Shown here piece by piece: positions 38,264 through 47,354 of a stretch of 64,000 nucleotides of DNA (positions are counted from its first letter, which is position 1; each line of letters begins with the position of its first letter). The stretch is from Limisphaerales bacterium (lineage in GTDB: Bacteria > Patescibacteriota > Microgenomatia > UBA1400 > PJMF01), in the NCBI GenBank assembly GCA_044350895.1, contig JBILGT010000004.1, positions 3,829 to 67,828 of the forward strand, given 5' to 3'. A program made the translations under genes and the position numbers. The notes under the pieces were generated by a model. It searched no databases. It was not told the origin of the DNA and worked only from the letters and a program-made list of their open reading frames with translations.

Positions 38264-39022
38264 TTACTCTTCAAAATCTGGATTCGTTGGGCGACGTTGT
38301 TCGCGTTGGCTGTCAAGTTCTTCCACTTCATCCTCTTCGCCATCAACAGCTGCATCATCATCTTCAAAATCCTCGATGAGGATACGATCATCTAGGTCCA
38401 ACTGATTATTGCTGGTTTTACTTGGTGGGAATGAGTGAACATCAACATTTTCTGGTGAGCGGGTGAGCTCTTTAAGATACACTGTGCACTGATTATTGCT
38501 ACAAGAGTGGATACTACAGTGATAGGTATTTCCTGTCTGAATCAGTTTGGTGAGTCTAAAAGAAATATCTTCAGGAAGTGCCCCGACATACTTGCCATCT
38601 TCAGTTTCTACGGAAATATAGCGATTCTTCAACTTGAGTGAACAAGGCTGACTAACAGAGAGACAGTCCAACACTTGTCTGCCTGAAAGGCGGTGCAGCT
38701 CTACAATTTTGGTTTTACCTGGTTCTTCAATAAAATGATTGCGTGTAAATGCAGGAGAAGGTGGGATTTGATTTGTCTTAATCCGTTCCAGTTGCTTCTG
38801 TGCAATAGGATTATGCTTATCAATCTCTAAGACCAGCTGAAATGCCTCTTTGGCAGCATCATTGTTACCAAGCTGCATGTGAGCCATGCCGAGGCGGTTT
38901 AAGCCACCTACATCCTGGGGGAACTGATGCAGGATTTCTTGATTGAGCTCAAGTGCTTTTTGCCAGTCACTTGCTTTAGCAGCAGCGATAGCGAGGGTTT
39001 GGAGTTTGGAGACTGTGTTCAT
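38264..39022 (-). CDS. tetratricopeptide-repeat protein with acidic C-terminal tail
   Basis: TPR-like helices (ALELNQEIL ... GNNDAAKEAFQLVLEID) and a C-terminal tail rich in DDD/EEE. Confidence 0.5.
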   Translation of the reverse strand: MNTVSKLQTLAIAAAKASDWQKALELNQEILHQFPQDVGGLNRLGMAHMQLGNNDAAKEAFQLVLEIDKHNPIAQKQLERIKTNQIPPSPAFTRNHFIEEPGKTKIVELHRLSGRQVLDCLSVSQPCSLKLKNRYISVETEDGKYVGALPEDISFRLTKLIQTGNTYHCSIHSCSNNQCTVYLKELTRSPENVDVHSFPPSKTSNNQLDLDDRILIEDFEDDDAAVDGEEDEVEELDSQREQRRPTNPDFEE

Positions 39023-39147
39023 ATCTTTGTGTACTTCAAATAACTAGGAAGAATACCGATCTTAGAGTGAGAAGTCAATAATTGATTCTCGCTTCTAGGC
39101 TACTTCCCTGAGGGAGGGTATAATAACCGAAGAGAAAGGTTTTGTAT

Positions 39148-39717
39148 ATGGCAGGTCACAGTAAATGGAACAATATCAAACAACGTAAAGGTGCTGTTGA
39201 TGCAAAACGTGCCAAAATCTTTGCACAACTTTCTAAACTTATCAGAATTGCTGTCAAAGAAGGTAAGTCTGAAAACCCACAGTTCAATCCATCCCTCCGT
39301 CTTATTTTAGAAAAAGCACGAGCAGCCAACATGCCCAAAGAAAATATTACCCGAGCAATTGATCGTGGTATGGGTCGTGGCCCCGGCGGTCCAATCCAAG
39401 AAATTCTCTATGAAGGGTTTGGTCCACATGGCATTGCAGTTTTAGTGCATGCTGCCACCAATAATGCTGCTCGCACCGGTGCAGATATTCGCTTCATTTT
39501 TAGTAGAAATGGGGGTTCCTTAGGTGGCCCTGGTTCTGCACAATATATGTTTGAGCGAAAAGGTATGGAGTTCGTCCCAATGATGCCGATGGACTTGGCT
39601 GAAGAACAATATTTGGAAGTCGCAGCCCTCATTGACGAGCTTGAAGCCTACGACGATGTTGAAGAAGTGACTACAACTTTATTACTAGCTGAGGATTCTG
39701 AATCTACAACTGCCTAA
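39148..39717 (+). CDS. YebC/PmpR-family DNA-binding regulator (short, 189 aa)
   Basis: MAGHSKWNNIKQRK ... and a GAAAGG RBS 8 nt upstream of the ATG. Confidence 0.8.
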   Translation: MAGHSKWNNIKQRKGAVDAKRAKIFAQLSKLIRIAVKEGKSENPQFNPSLRLILEKARAANMPKENITRAIDRGMGRGPGGPIQEILYEGFGPHGIAVLVHAATNNAARTGADIRFIFSRNGGSLGGPGSAQYMFERKGMEFVPMMPMDLAEEQYLEVAALIDELEAYDDVEEVTTTLLLAEDSESTTA

Positions 39718-39718
39718 C

Positions 39719-40486
39719 ATGAGAAGAAGAGAAAAATTCGTCATTGCCGCCATCGTGTTGAGTGTTTTCCTGTTTTTCGTACAGTACACTAGTTTGGAGT
39801 GGCGCTACTGGGTAATGGGCGGTTTCATGGTCATCTCGTACCTTATTTCAATGTGGTGTCTGTCCGACGATTTGCAACGACATGAGCGTGTGACGATTGT
39901 GCCACTGCCTGCACTCTATGCAGGCGCTGTAGGACTCTTTTACTTTCTCCTTCCAGAAAGTTTAATTAGTAAAGTCTTTGTGCTGGGTATGTTTGGTATT
40001 GGTATGTACGCACTATTTCTGACGAGTAACATCTATTCTGTTGCCAAAGGGCGAACAATCCAGCTCCTGCATGCTGCTCACGCGATAGGATTTTTGTTTA
40101 CTTTACTGACCTCGTTATTATTTGCTAATACCATCTTTTCACTGCGCTTACCGTTTTATCTCAATGGCTTACTGATTGGTCTAACTCACTTCCCACTCAT
40201 TTTTATGTCGTTGTGGTCGGTTAAGCTGGAAACGTATATTCGTAAAGAACTCTCCATGCTCACGACACTCGTGACACTGCTCTTAATTGAGTTCGCGATT
40301 GTGCTTTCATTTATGCCACATTCTGTCTGGTATCAGGCGTTGTTTATCATGTCATTCATGTATTTAGGAGTGAGTATTCTACGTAGTTTCTTGGCAGAGC
40401 GCCTCTTTATGAATGCCGTCACCGAGTACAGTTTGGTTGGCGTTTTCGTTTTTGCCCTGTTTTTGTTAGTTTTCCCCACAAAGTAG
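39719..40486 (+). CDS. hypothetical polytopic membrane protein
   Basis: Seven to eight hydrophobic helices. Confidence 0.5.
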   Translation: MRRREKFVIAAIVLSVFLFFVQYTSLEWRYWVMGGFMVISYLISMWCLSDDLQRHERVTIVPLPALYAGAVGLFYFLLPESLISKVFVLGMFGIGMYALFLTSNIYSVAKGRTIQLLHAAHAIGFLFTLLTSLLFANTIFSLRLPFYLNGLLIGLTHFPLIFMSLWSVKLETYIRKELSMLTTLVTLLLIEFAIVLSFMPHSVWYQALFIMSFMYLGVSILRSFLAERLFMNAVTEYSLVGVFVFALFLLVFPTK

Positions 40487-41711
40487 AGAATTGGTAAAAT
40501 TCCCGCCTGGACACTCGAGGAAAAGAGGAGAGGCCAGAGGAGAACAGTCTGGTACCAGATATTATTGGGTGTGCACAAATAATGTCTGGTACTGCACACG
40601 TCTAACGTATATTAATTCACAAATTACTCGAGTAAATGGCAATTATTTCTAGTAAAGTGGAAAAAATTATTGCAAAAAAAAGGAGGGGATGCGGGAATAA
40701 ATAAACGGGGAGACCAGGCGTAGAGAAGAGGGGTGATATAGTTTGATACCATCGAAAATGTGGATAACTTTGATAATTATAGGACTTAAATGCGCATTCA
40801 CCAGGCTAAAGCATACCAAATTCTTACGTTTAGCAGCTGAGTAGTGTATACCGTGAAAACTAAACATCGAATGCATTTTAGCCTGGTAGGTGTGCTCTAG
40901 GGTAGGCGTGAAAAGTAAATAACCCGAAGTGCTTTTGACAGATAAATCAGTCTAAAATAGCTAATTTTAGCAATATGCCGAGAGTGCTTTTCCAGGTGTA
41001 CTAGTAAGGTTTGAAATGTGCATTTGCAATACGATTCAACTCAAGAAAGAGTACCTACTTTCAAAACAGTATGTCCAAAACAGTAATTTTCCACCCCACT
41101 CTTTTAAAAGGGGAGTTTTTGGCAGGGATCTGAGCCGCAAACCCAACATTCATTATGTCGCACAATATTACTTTTACGACATAAACAAAGTTTAAATCGA
41201 GGGAGCATTTCCGTACTTTATATATTTGATTTTTGTAGCTTTTGTCAGCTTTGTTTGTACACTGTTTGTTTTTGTGTACCAATTACCCTGTTGTCTACAT
41301 TCCTCTTTCTTTTTGGATGACTAAACTATCCCTTTAATAAATAAAAAGCCGTTTTTGGGCGTTTTAGAGGGTCGTTTTACGCCTGGTGTACTCGAGTGTA
41401 AATAAGCGTCAAAATAGGCGATATAGGTAGTAAAAGCTCTGAGTGGAGGCTGTATATGCCTCAAAGTCTGTTTAGTATGGCTAGCTATCTAGATCAGTCC
41501 TCTGGATGTTTTACCTGATTTGTTTGCTTACTGCGAATCACCTCAAGTGTTTGTATGTATTCTGATTAACGTGATCATACATACTACAAACTGATTCAAA
41601 ACAAATATAAAATAATCAATAGTGATCAAATAATAGCTTGATAAGCCAACTTTATTAAAACTGCATTGAAATTAGCAAAGAAGTGTATGTTCTGCTAAAC
41701 TGAGGCTGCTA

Positions 41712-43103
41712 CTAATTTTTGGGAGTTGGAAACAAGTAGTTACGTAACGTAATTGTAGGTGTGGGACAAATCTTGTCTTTACACAGTGCGCCAAAATACT
41801 GATCAGCTATATAGACTGATTGCAGTAGATATAAACTCAGGACGGCCACCAAGATTGTTAGTTGCCACTGCTTTTTAATGACGCCAAATTGAAGCAGCAT
41901 AAAACCTACCACCCCTACCCCTACTACACTCCGCAAGTAGAGCGGAGGTGGAAACTCAAAACCGGGGAATTTGACAATGCCAATGTTATTAATCAAGGTA
42001 ATGAGTATTCCTAAAATGAGAGGCAAGTAGAGTCGCTCTTTAAAAGCAAGGCCGGCGGCAATGCCGAGGAAGCTAAAGAGTGGCAGCTTATACCAACCCA
42101 GCATGTCTTGTTCTGCGCTGGTAATCCATACAACCACAAACATGGCTGCGATCCACATTTTTAGGTATCGATGCTCAGTGTCTTTTGAAATAAGAAAAAT
42201 CGACATGCCTGCAAAGAGCAGGACATAGTAACTAAAATCGAGGATTGGTCGAATGTGAAAGCCAGGGTGCGAAAAAATAAATGCAGGATTCCCCCATCCT
42301 ACCAATCTAAACGACTGTTGCTTGAGTAACCTCAAAAAAATATGCCAATCAATATGCAGCGCGTATGCAGCATGCAGTATTCCGGTGCCAATCAAACTTG
42401 CAGCTGTATAGAGTACTGCTTTTTTATACTGTTTGTTGAGTAAGAAGCCAAAACACAGCAGTGGCAGAATCAGTAACCCAGTGGCTTTGACGGTGGCAGC
42501 CAAGATGGTGGCCATAGCAAGATACCAAATTGATTGTTTCTCAATGTAGAGGTAGTACGCCAATAAAAAGAAAAAATTTAAAGCGTTTTCAGAGACAACC
42601 ATCCGTTGCCCAAAGAATAGTACTGGACTCATACCCACGAGCAGCAGTGATCCAAGTGCGGGATAAAATCCAAAATGCTTCCGAGAGATCAAGAAGATCA
42701 GTGCGAGCGATCCACAACCAAGTAGAACCATTGGAAGTCTGTATTCAATAGATGGTGGAATGGTGGGAAAGATATAGCCACTGAGCGAGCCTTGGAATCC
42801 AGTCCAGAGTGGTATAAAAAACATGTGATCGAGCCACGGCTTGTTGTATTTGTAGATCTCGTTGCTCTCAAAACCAACAGTGGCTGGTTCAGTGTTGTGC
42901 CATTTAATTGCTGGAATATCAAAACTCGACCAAGAAATTGGTATCCCATATTGGTATAACGACTGGCCTGCAAAAATATATGCAAGTTCGTCAGCATCAG
43001 CGGCATATGGAATGTACTCTAGTTTCCATAATCTGACAAAGCAACCCACTCCAAATACAAATAACAGGAGCAGTACCTTTATTTTTTCAGCGACGTTTTT
43101 CAT
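41712..43103 (-). CDS. GT-C-fold glycosyltransferase (ArnT/PMT, family 39/83-like)
   Basis: N-terminal YIPYAADADELAYIFAGQSL resembles the DE-containing first periplasmic loop of GT-C enzymes. Polytopic profile. Confidence 0.45.
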   Translation of the reverse strand: MKNVAEKIKVLLLLFVFGVGCFVRLWKLEYIPYAADADELAYIFAGQSLYQYGIPISWSSFDIPAIKWHNTEPATVGFESNEIYKYNKPWLDHMFFIPLWTGFQGSLSGYIFPTIPPSIEYRLPMVLLGCGSLALIFLISRKHFGFYPALGSLLLVGMSPVLFFGQRMVVSENALNFFFLLAYYLYIEKQSIWYLAMATILAATVKATGLLILPLLCFGFLLNKQYKKAVLYTAASLIGTGILHAAYALHIDWHIFLRLLKQQSFRLVGWGNPAFIFSHPGFHIRPILDFSYYVLLFAGMSIFLISKDTEHRYLKMWIAAMFVVVWITSAEQDMLGWYKLPLFSFLGIAAGLAFKERLYLPLILGILITLINNIGIVKFPGFEFPPPLYLRSVVGVGVVGFMLLQFGVIKKQWQLTILVAVLSLYLLQSVYIADQYFGALCKDKICPTPTITLRNYLFPTPKN

Positions 43104-43602
43104 TTTTTACTTTCTCGTAAGTGGAGAGTTCTTTCTCGAACTCCCTCCCCTCCTCTATTTGTGAATTTTCGCTGTGACATGCAACAATCTTTATTTTTCC
43201 TGGAGCTTCTAGGACAACTCCATATCCAGTTTTTGACACAGTACCTACTTGAGGATCTTGTGGCAAGTCGAGAGATGGATCAGGGAGTATGTAGCGGAGG
43301 TTGAGACACACATCGCTGGCTATGGAACAGTGACTTGTTTGTAGTGCGCAACCTGTAGTAGCTGTCCCAATTTGGTGCATCTCGCCTGAGATACCACTGC
43401 TCAGTACTAGTGGTGAGTTCAAGTACTCAGTTAAAAATGTGAAAAATTGACTCATATCTTGAGCTCGTTTGCGATCTCGAAATTGTGGCTGTGTAGCAAA
43501 TGGATCAAGGAGCACCACTGTAATTAAAACAACTGTGGCGATAAACATGCAGATAAGGGCACCTTTAAAAAACAGCAGTGGGATATCGGTACGGATATGC
43601 AT
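43087..43602 (-). CDS. hypothetical membrane-anchored protein
   Basis: ORF with N-terminal transmembrane helix. Confidence 0.4.
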   Translation of the reverse strand: MHIRTDIPLLFFKGALICMFIATVVLITVVLLDPFATQPQFRDRKRAQDMSQFFTFLTEYLNSPLVLSSGISGEMHQIGTATTGCALQTSHCSIASDVCLNLRYILPDPSLDLPQDPQVGTVSKTGYGVVLEAPGKIKIVACHSENSQIEEGREFEKELSTYEKVKNEKRR

Positions 43603-43605
43603 TTT

Positions 43606-44202
43606 TTATGGAATAGTTATTCGTGCCCCTGTAATCATATGTGTATTCTTCAAGTACAACGCTTCATCATCATAGTTAAGGAGGCCATTATACTTTTTAA
43701 ATTCAGAAACTGGTCGTGAGAATGTTATTACAAGTGTTTCAGTCTTATGATCGATGTAAGCCAGCTCGCTACTTGTCGCAATTATGATCTCAGTATCTGA
43801 ATTTTCCTCGATAGGTTTAAGGCCAATTTGCGGAAGTGTCGAGCGTTGCACTACTTCAGTGCTTTGTACGTCTGTACCTGAAAAGCTAAATACTTCAGTA
43901 GCACCTGTATATGGTTTAGAGAACTGTAAAATAGAATATGGCATAATGAGTTCGGCATTGTATTTCATGAATCCTGGTGAGTATAAATCTCTCAATTCCC
44001 AAAATAAGACAGGATCAATGTGACCAGCTGATTTAATTTGAGAAATAAACTTTTCCATGCGGTCTGCCCGAGCTTGAGGAAAAACTATACCAGCAACGCG
44101 TGGTTGCAAAACTACATATGCCCCTACACACAGTGCGGCAATGAAGAGATATACTACTGGTATGCTTGATTCACTAAAAAAACTAGTTACACGTGCTGAC
44201 AT
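43606..44202 (-). CDS. hypothetical membrane-anchored extracytoplasmic protein
   Basis: ORF with N-terminal transmembrane helix. Confidence 0.4.
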   Translation of the reverse strand: MSARVTSFFSESSIPVVYLFIAALCVGAYVVLQPRVAGIVFPQARADRMEKFISQIKSAGHIDPVLFWELRDLYSPGFMKYNAELIMPYSILQFSKPYTGATEVFSFSGTDVQSTEVVQRSTLPQIGLKPIEENSDTEIIIATSSELAYIDHKTETLVITFSRPVSEFKKYNGLLNYDDEALYLKNTHMITGARITIP

Positions 44203-45883
44203 ATGGGCTTGTTCAATTCTATTAATTGTATCATTCTTGCTCGTCGCAGAATTGTTCTATATCCCTGCGCAACCACAGACCTTTGATGGCTGGACACATT
44301 TACTCACAATTAATGGTTTTTATCGTAGTCTTGCTGATGGAAATTTTCCAGTAGCGTGGATTGATGGCGTGGCCAACTATGGTTCCCCACTTGGCCAAAT
44401 TGCTCATCAAACAACTGCATATCTTGGTGCTGCCTTTTATTTTATAACGCATTCAACTGTCGTGAGTTACAACCTTGTTATGCTCACGGGAGCTATTCTT
44501 TCCGCAGTAGGTATGTTTGTGTTCTTGCGACTACACGTCTCCACACTCTCAGCTTTCCTTGGTGCATTTCTCTTTATTTTCAGTCCCTACAGGATATTCA
44601 ACATCTACATTAGAGGTGGGCTGCCAGAGTTTTTTGCAAGCGCAATCATTCCTCTCGTCTTACTGAGCTTACACATTCTTATTAAAAAACGCAGAATCTC
44701 AGGTTTTTTCATGCTCGTTATTTCTTGTGCAGTCTTAGTACTTACGCACCCGATGATGCCAGTGTTGACGGCATTTCTGGCGGGTGCCTATGTGACGTAT
44801 CTTTGTTGGGGAAAGTCACGAAAATTCTGGCTAGTCACAGGTGTAGTTGTGGGAGTAGCTGCTATTCAAGGTATGCTGCTGGCAGCGTACTATCTTATCC
44901 CGCTTAAGCTGGAGTCAAAATATCTCTACTATGGTGCTAATGAATCTCGCAATGTGCATGAACAGTTTCAGGTACTGGGCTTTTCAAACTATCTGCAAGA
45001 ATCTTGGGGCTATAGTAGTGTGCCAGGCAATGGAGTTCGTACACCACAACTGCAGTTGGGTATTATCGAAATGGGCATTCTGATTGTTGCTGTTTTTGTC
45101 TATGGTTTTACTCGTCGTGAAAAATCTCATGCTGTTATTTTGGCACGCGTACTCATTTTAGCTGCTGGTATCTACATACTATTCTCATCTGTTCTGACAC
45201 AGCCACTCTATCAGCGCAGTACGCTGCTCAGCTCTCTCCAATTCCCGTGGCGTATGCTGACTGGATTGCTATTTATCCCCCCTACTCTACTCGCGCTCAT
45301 GCATGCAAAGTTGCAGCATCAGCGTGCAGCTGTAGTCATAGTTGTTTTGGTAGTTGTGACACTTCGCTTCCCACAACTCTACGGTAAAAACTACGTACAA
45401 TATCCTGAGTCGCGTTACTCGTTTGGAATTGTGAATCCTCACAACGCCAATATGAATACAGTGTGGATGGGGCAAACATGGGACTACCCGATTGAAGCTC
45501 AAAAAGGCGCTATCATTGAAGGCACTGGCACAATCACTGAACGTACAGAACGCAATGGACTGCGTAAATATCAAGTGACAGCTCAGTCAGATATTAGAAT
45601 GGTTGATTATACGTTTTACTTCCCCGGCTGGAAGCTACTCGTGGATGGTAGTGAACATCCAATGGAGTTCCAGGATCCTGAATACCGTGGCGTCATTACC
45701 TATCGGCTTCCTGCAGGGAATCATTCAATTGAACTTACCTATGCTGATACTCGATTAAGATTGCTTGCCAAGCTTATCAGTATTGGTGCTATTGTGATAT
45801 GTATTGCACAAGCAGTATTTTTGTACATGAAGCATGGTATGTTTGCGACAAAAGTAGCAACATGGTACAGAAAAAGTGAATAA
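44141..45883 (+). CDS. large polytopic membrane protein (YfhO/GT-C-like architecture, about 13 helices plus C-terminal soluble domain)
   Basis: Hydropathy profile only. Its start overlaps the start of the divergent gene 43606..44202, so the true start is probably internal. Confidence 0.45.
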   Translation: MKRYTTGMLDSLKKLVTRADIWACSILLIVSFLLVAELFYIPAQPQTFDGWTHLLTINGFYRSLADGNFPVAWIDGVANYGSPLGQIAHQTTAYLGAAFYFITHSTVVSYNLVMLTGAILSAVGMFVFLRLHVSTLSAFLGAFLFIFSPYRIFNIYIRGGLPEFFASAIIPLVLLSLHILIKKRRISGFFMLVISCAVLVLTHPMMPVLTAFLAGAYVTYLCWGKSRKFWLVTGVVVGVAAIQGMLLAAYYLIPLKLESKYLYYGANESRNVHEQFQVLGFSNYLQESWGYSSVPGNGVRTPQLQLGIIEMGILIVAVFVYGFTRREKSHAVILARVLILAAGIYILFSSVLTQPLYQRSTLLSSLQFPWRMLTGLLFIPPTLLALMHAKLQHQRAAVVIVVLVVVTLRFPQLYGKNYVQYPESRYSFGIVNPHNANMNTVWMGQTWDYPIEAQKGAIIEGTGTITERTERNGLRKYQVTAQSDIRMVDYTFYFPGWKLLVDGSEHPMEFQDPEYRGVITYRLPAGNHSIELTYADTRLRLLAKLISIGAIVICIAQAVFLYMKHGMFATKVATWYRKSE

Positions 45884-45900
45884 CTGCGGCGCAGAATCCT

Positions 45901-46857
45901 ATGCCCGTTTCTACCAATCCTCAAATCGCACTCTTAGGTTTCCTCGAATATTTGGAAGTTGAGCGAAATGTCAGTAAGCTGACAATTCGTAACTATAACC
46001 ACTATCTACGAAAGTTTAACGAGTGGCTGCAAAATGAAAACATTGCTGATTTAAAAGATATCGACCAAGAAATTATTCGTAAATATCGGGTGTATTTGGC
46101 GAGACATATTGACGACCAGGAGCGCACGCTTTCCAAAAAAACACAGAGCTACTATGTGATTGCACTGCGCTCGTGGCTCAAGTGGCTTGTCAAACAAGAT
46201 GCTCCGGTCATTCATCCTGAAAAGATTGATCTCCCTAAAGGTGAGTCGCATCACATGCAGTTTCTGCATGCTGAACAAGTGATTGAACTACTCGCCCAAC
46301 CAATTATTTCAAGCAAAGCTGGCCTTCGCGATAAAGCGATTCTAGAGCTGCTTTTTTCGACGGGACTTCGTGTTAGTGAGCTTGTTAACCTCAACCGTGA
46401 TCAGATCGATTTTGCCACCCGTGAGTTTGGTGTAATAGGCAAAGGTCGCAGGCCGCGCGTTGTTTTTTTAAGTGCGCGTGCAGCACACTGGGTTGAAAAA
46501 TGGATTGCCTCTCGCCCCGATCACTGGCATCCCCTCTTCATAAGATTTGCCAAGAAAAAATCTCCGTTTGCGAGTGATGGTGAAGAAATGAGACTTACTT
46601 CCCGCAGTGTCCAGCGTATTGTTGAGTTCTACTGCAAGAAAGCACACCTGCCTGTTATCTTGAGTCCACATGGCTTACGTCATAGCTTTGCCACTGATTT
46701 ATTGACTAATGGCGCAGGGCTTCGTGATGTACAAGAAATGCTCGGACACAAGAGTATTGCGACTACACAAATTTATACCCACGTTACGCGTCCACAGTTA
46801 AAAAAGATTCATGAACGCTTCCATTCTGATACCAATCAGTCTGATGGCGAGAATTAG
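45901..46857 (+). CDS. XerC/XerD-type tyrosine site-specific recombinase
   Basis: N-terminal SAM-like core-binding domain (FLEYLEVERNVSKLTIRNY) and catalytic HGLRHSFATDLLTNGAGLRDVQEMLGHKSIATTQIYTHV. Confidence 0.8.
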   Translation: MPVSTNPQIALLGFLEYLEVERNVSKLTIRNYNHYLRKFNEWLQNENIADLKDIDQEIIRKYRVYLARHIDDQERTLSKKTQSYYVIALRSWLKWLVKQDAPVIHPEKIDLPKGESHHMQFLHAEQVIELLAQPIISSKAGLRDKAILELLFSTGLRVSELVNLNRDQIDFATREFGVIGKGRRPRVVFLSARAAHWVEKWIASRPDHWHPLFIRFAKKKSPFASDGEEMRLTSRSVQRIVEFYCKKAHLPVILSPHGLRHSFATDLLTNGAGLRDVQEMLGHKSIATTQIYTHVTRPQLKKIHERFHSDTNQSDGEN

Positions 46858-47149
46858 CAGTACTTACTAATTACTGCCAATTTGCGGTACTTGAGATAAA
46901 GATTGATATATCAATAGTATTGCTACTACACATTCTCTGCGTTAATTTTATTTGACTATTTATAAATATGTTTGGTATTGTTAGATGCTGTTATTGCGAA
47001 GTTTCTGAAAAACTCACCAGTTGGCAATTGCGAGCATTTCGTGCTGATTAGCAGCTCTTTGCAATTTAGACTCATGGAACAGTCAATTACTGATCGTTAC
47101 TATATCAAAAAATTGCTGTGACGTGAGGAACCTGTGTCTACTCTTCTCC

Positions 47150-47178
47150 CTTGGTGCATCTGCAAACCTTTGGTACAA
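47150..47178 (+). promoter_or_regulatory. candidate promoter (TTGGTG-N17-TACAAT) for tRNA-Ala(GGC)
   Basis: The -35-like and -10-like hexamers have correct spacing and lie 15 nt upstream of the tRNA. Confidence 0.3.
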
Positions 47179-47192
47179 TACAAACTGTTATC

Positions 47193-47266
47193 GGGCCGGT
47201 AGCGCAGTTGGCTAGCGCGTCTGCATGGCATGCAGAAGGTCAGGGGTTCGACTCCCCTCCGGTCCA
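47193..47266 (+). tRNA. tRNA-Ala (anticodon GGC)
   Basis: Acceptor GGGCCGG/CCGGTCC with G3:U70, anticodon stem TCTGC/GCAGA, loop ATGGCAT, T-loop TTCGACT. CCA is not encoded. Confidence 0.8.
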
Positions 47267-47354
47267 CACTATACTCGTTGCCAATTCCTCTAATTTCGAA
47301 AGAAAATTTAATAATTCAATATCTCGATAAACTGTATATATAAGCGCAAGTTGG

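Noticed and set aside
40487-41711. tmRNA, RNase P RNA or SRP RNA in the 1.2-kb gap.
   Set aside because: No tRNA-like GGTTCGA/TCCC 3' end. No P4 AGGAAAGTCCGGGC. No SRP domain-IV GGAAGCAGCC. None of these could be located by eye.
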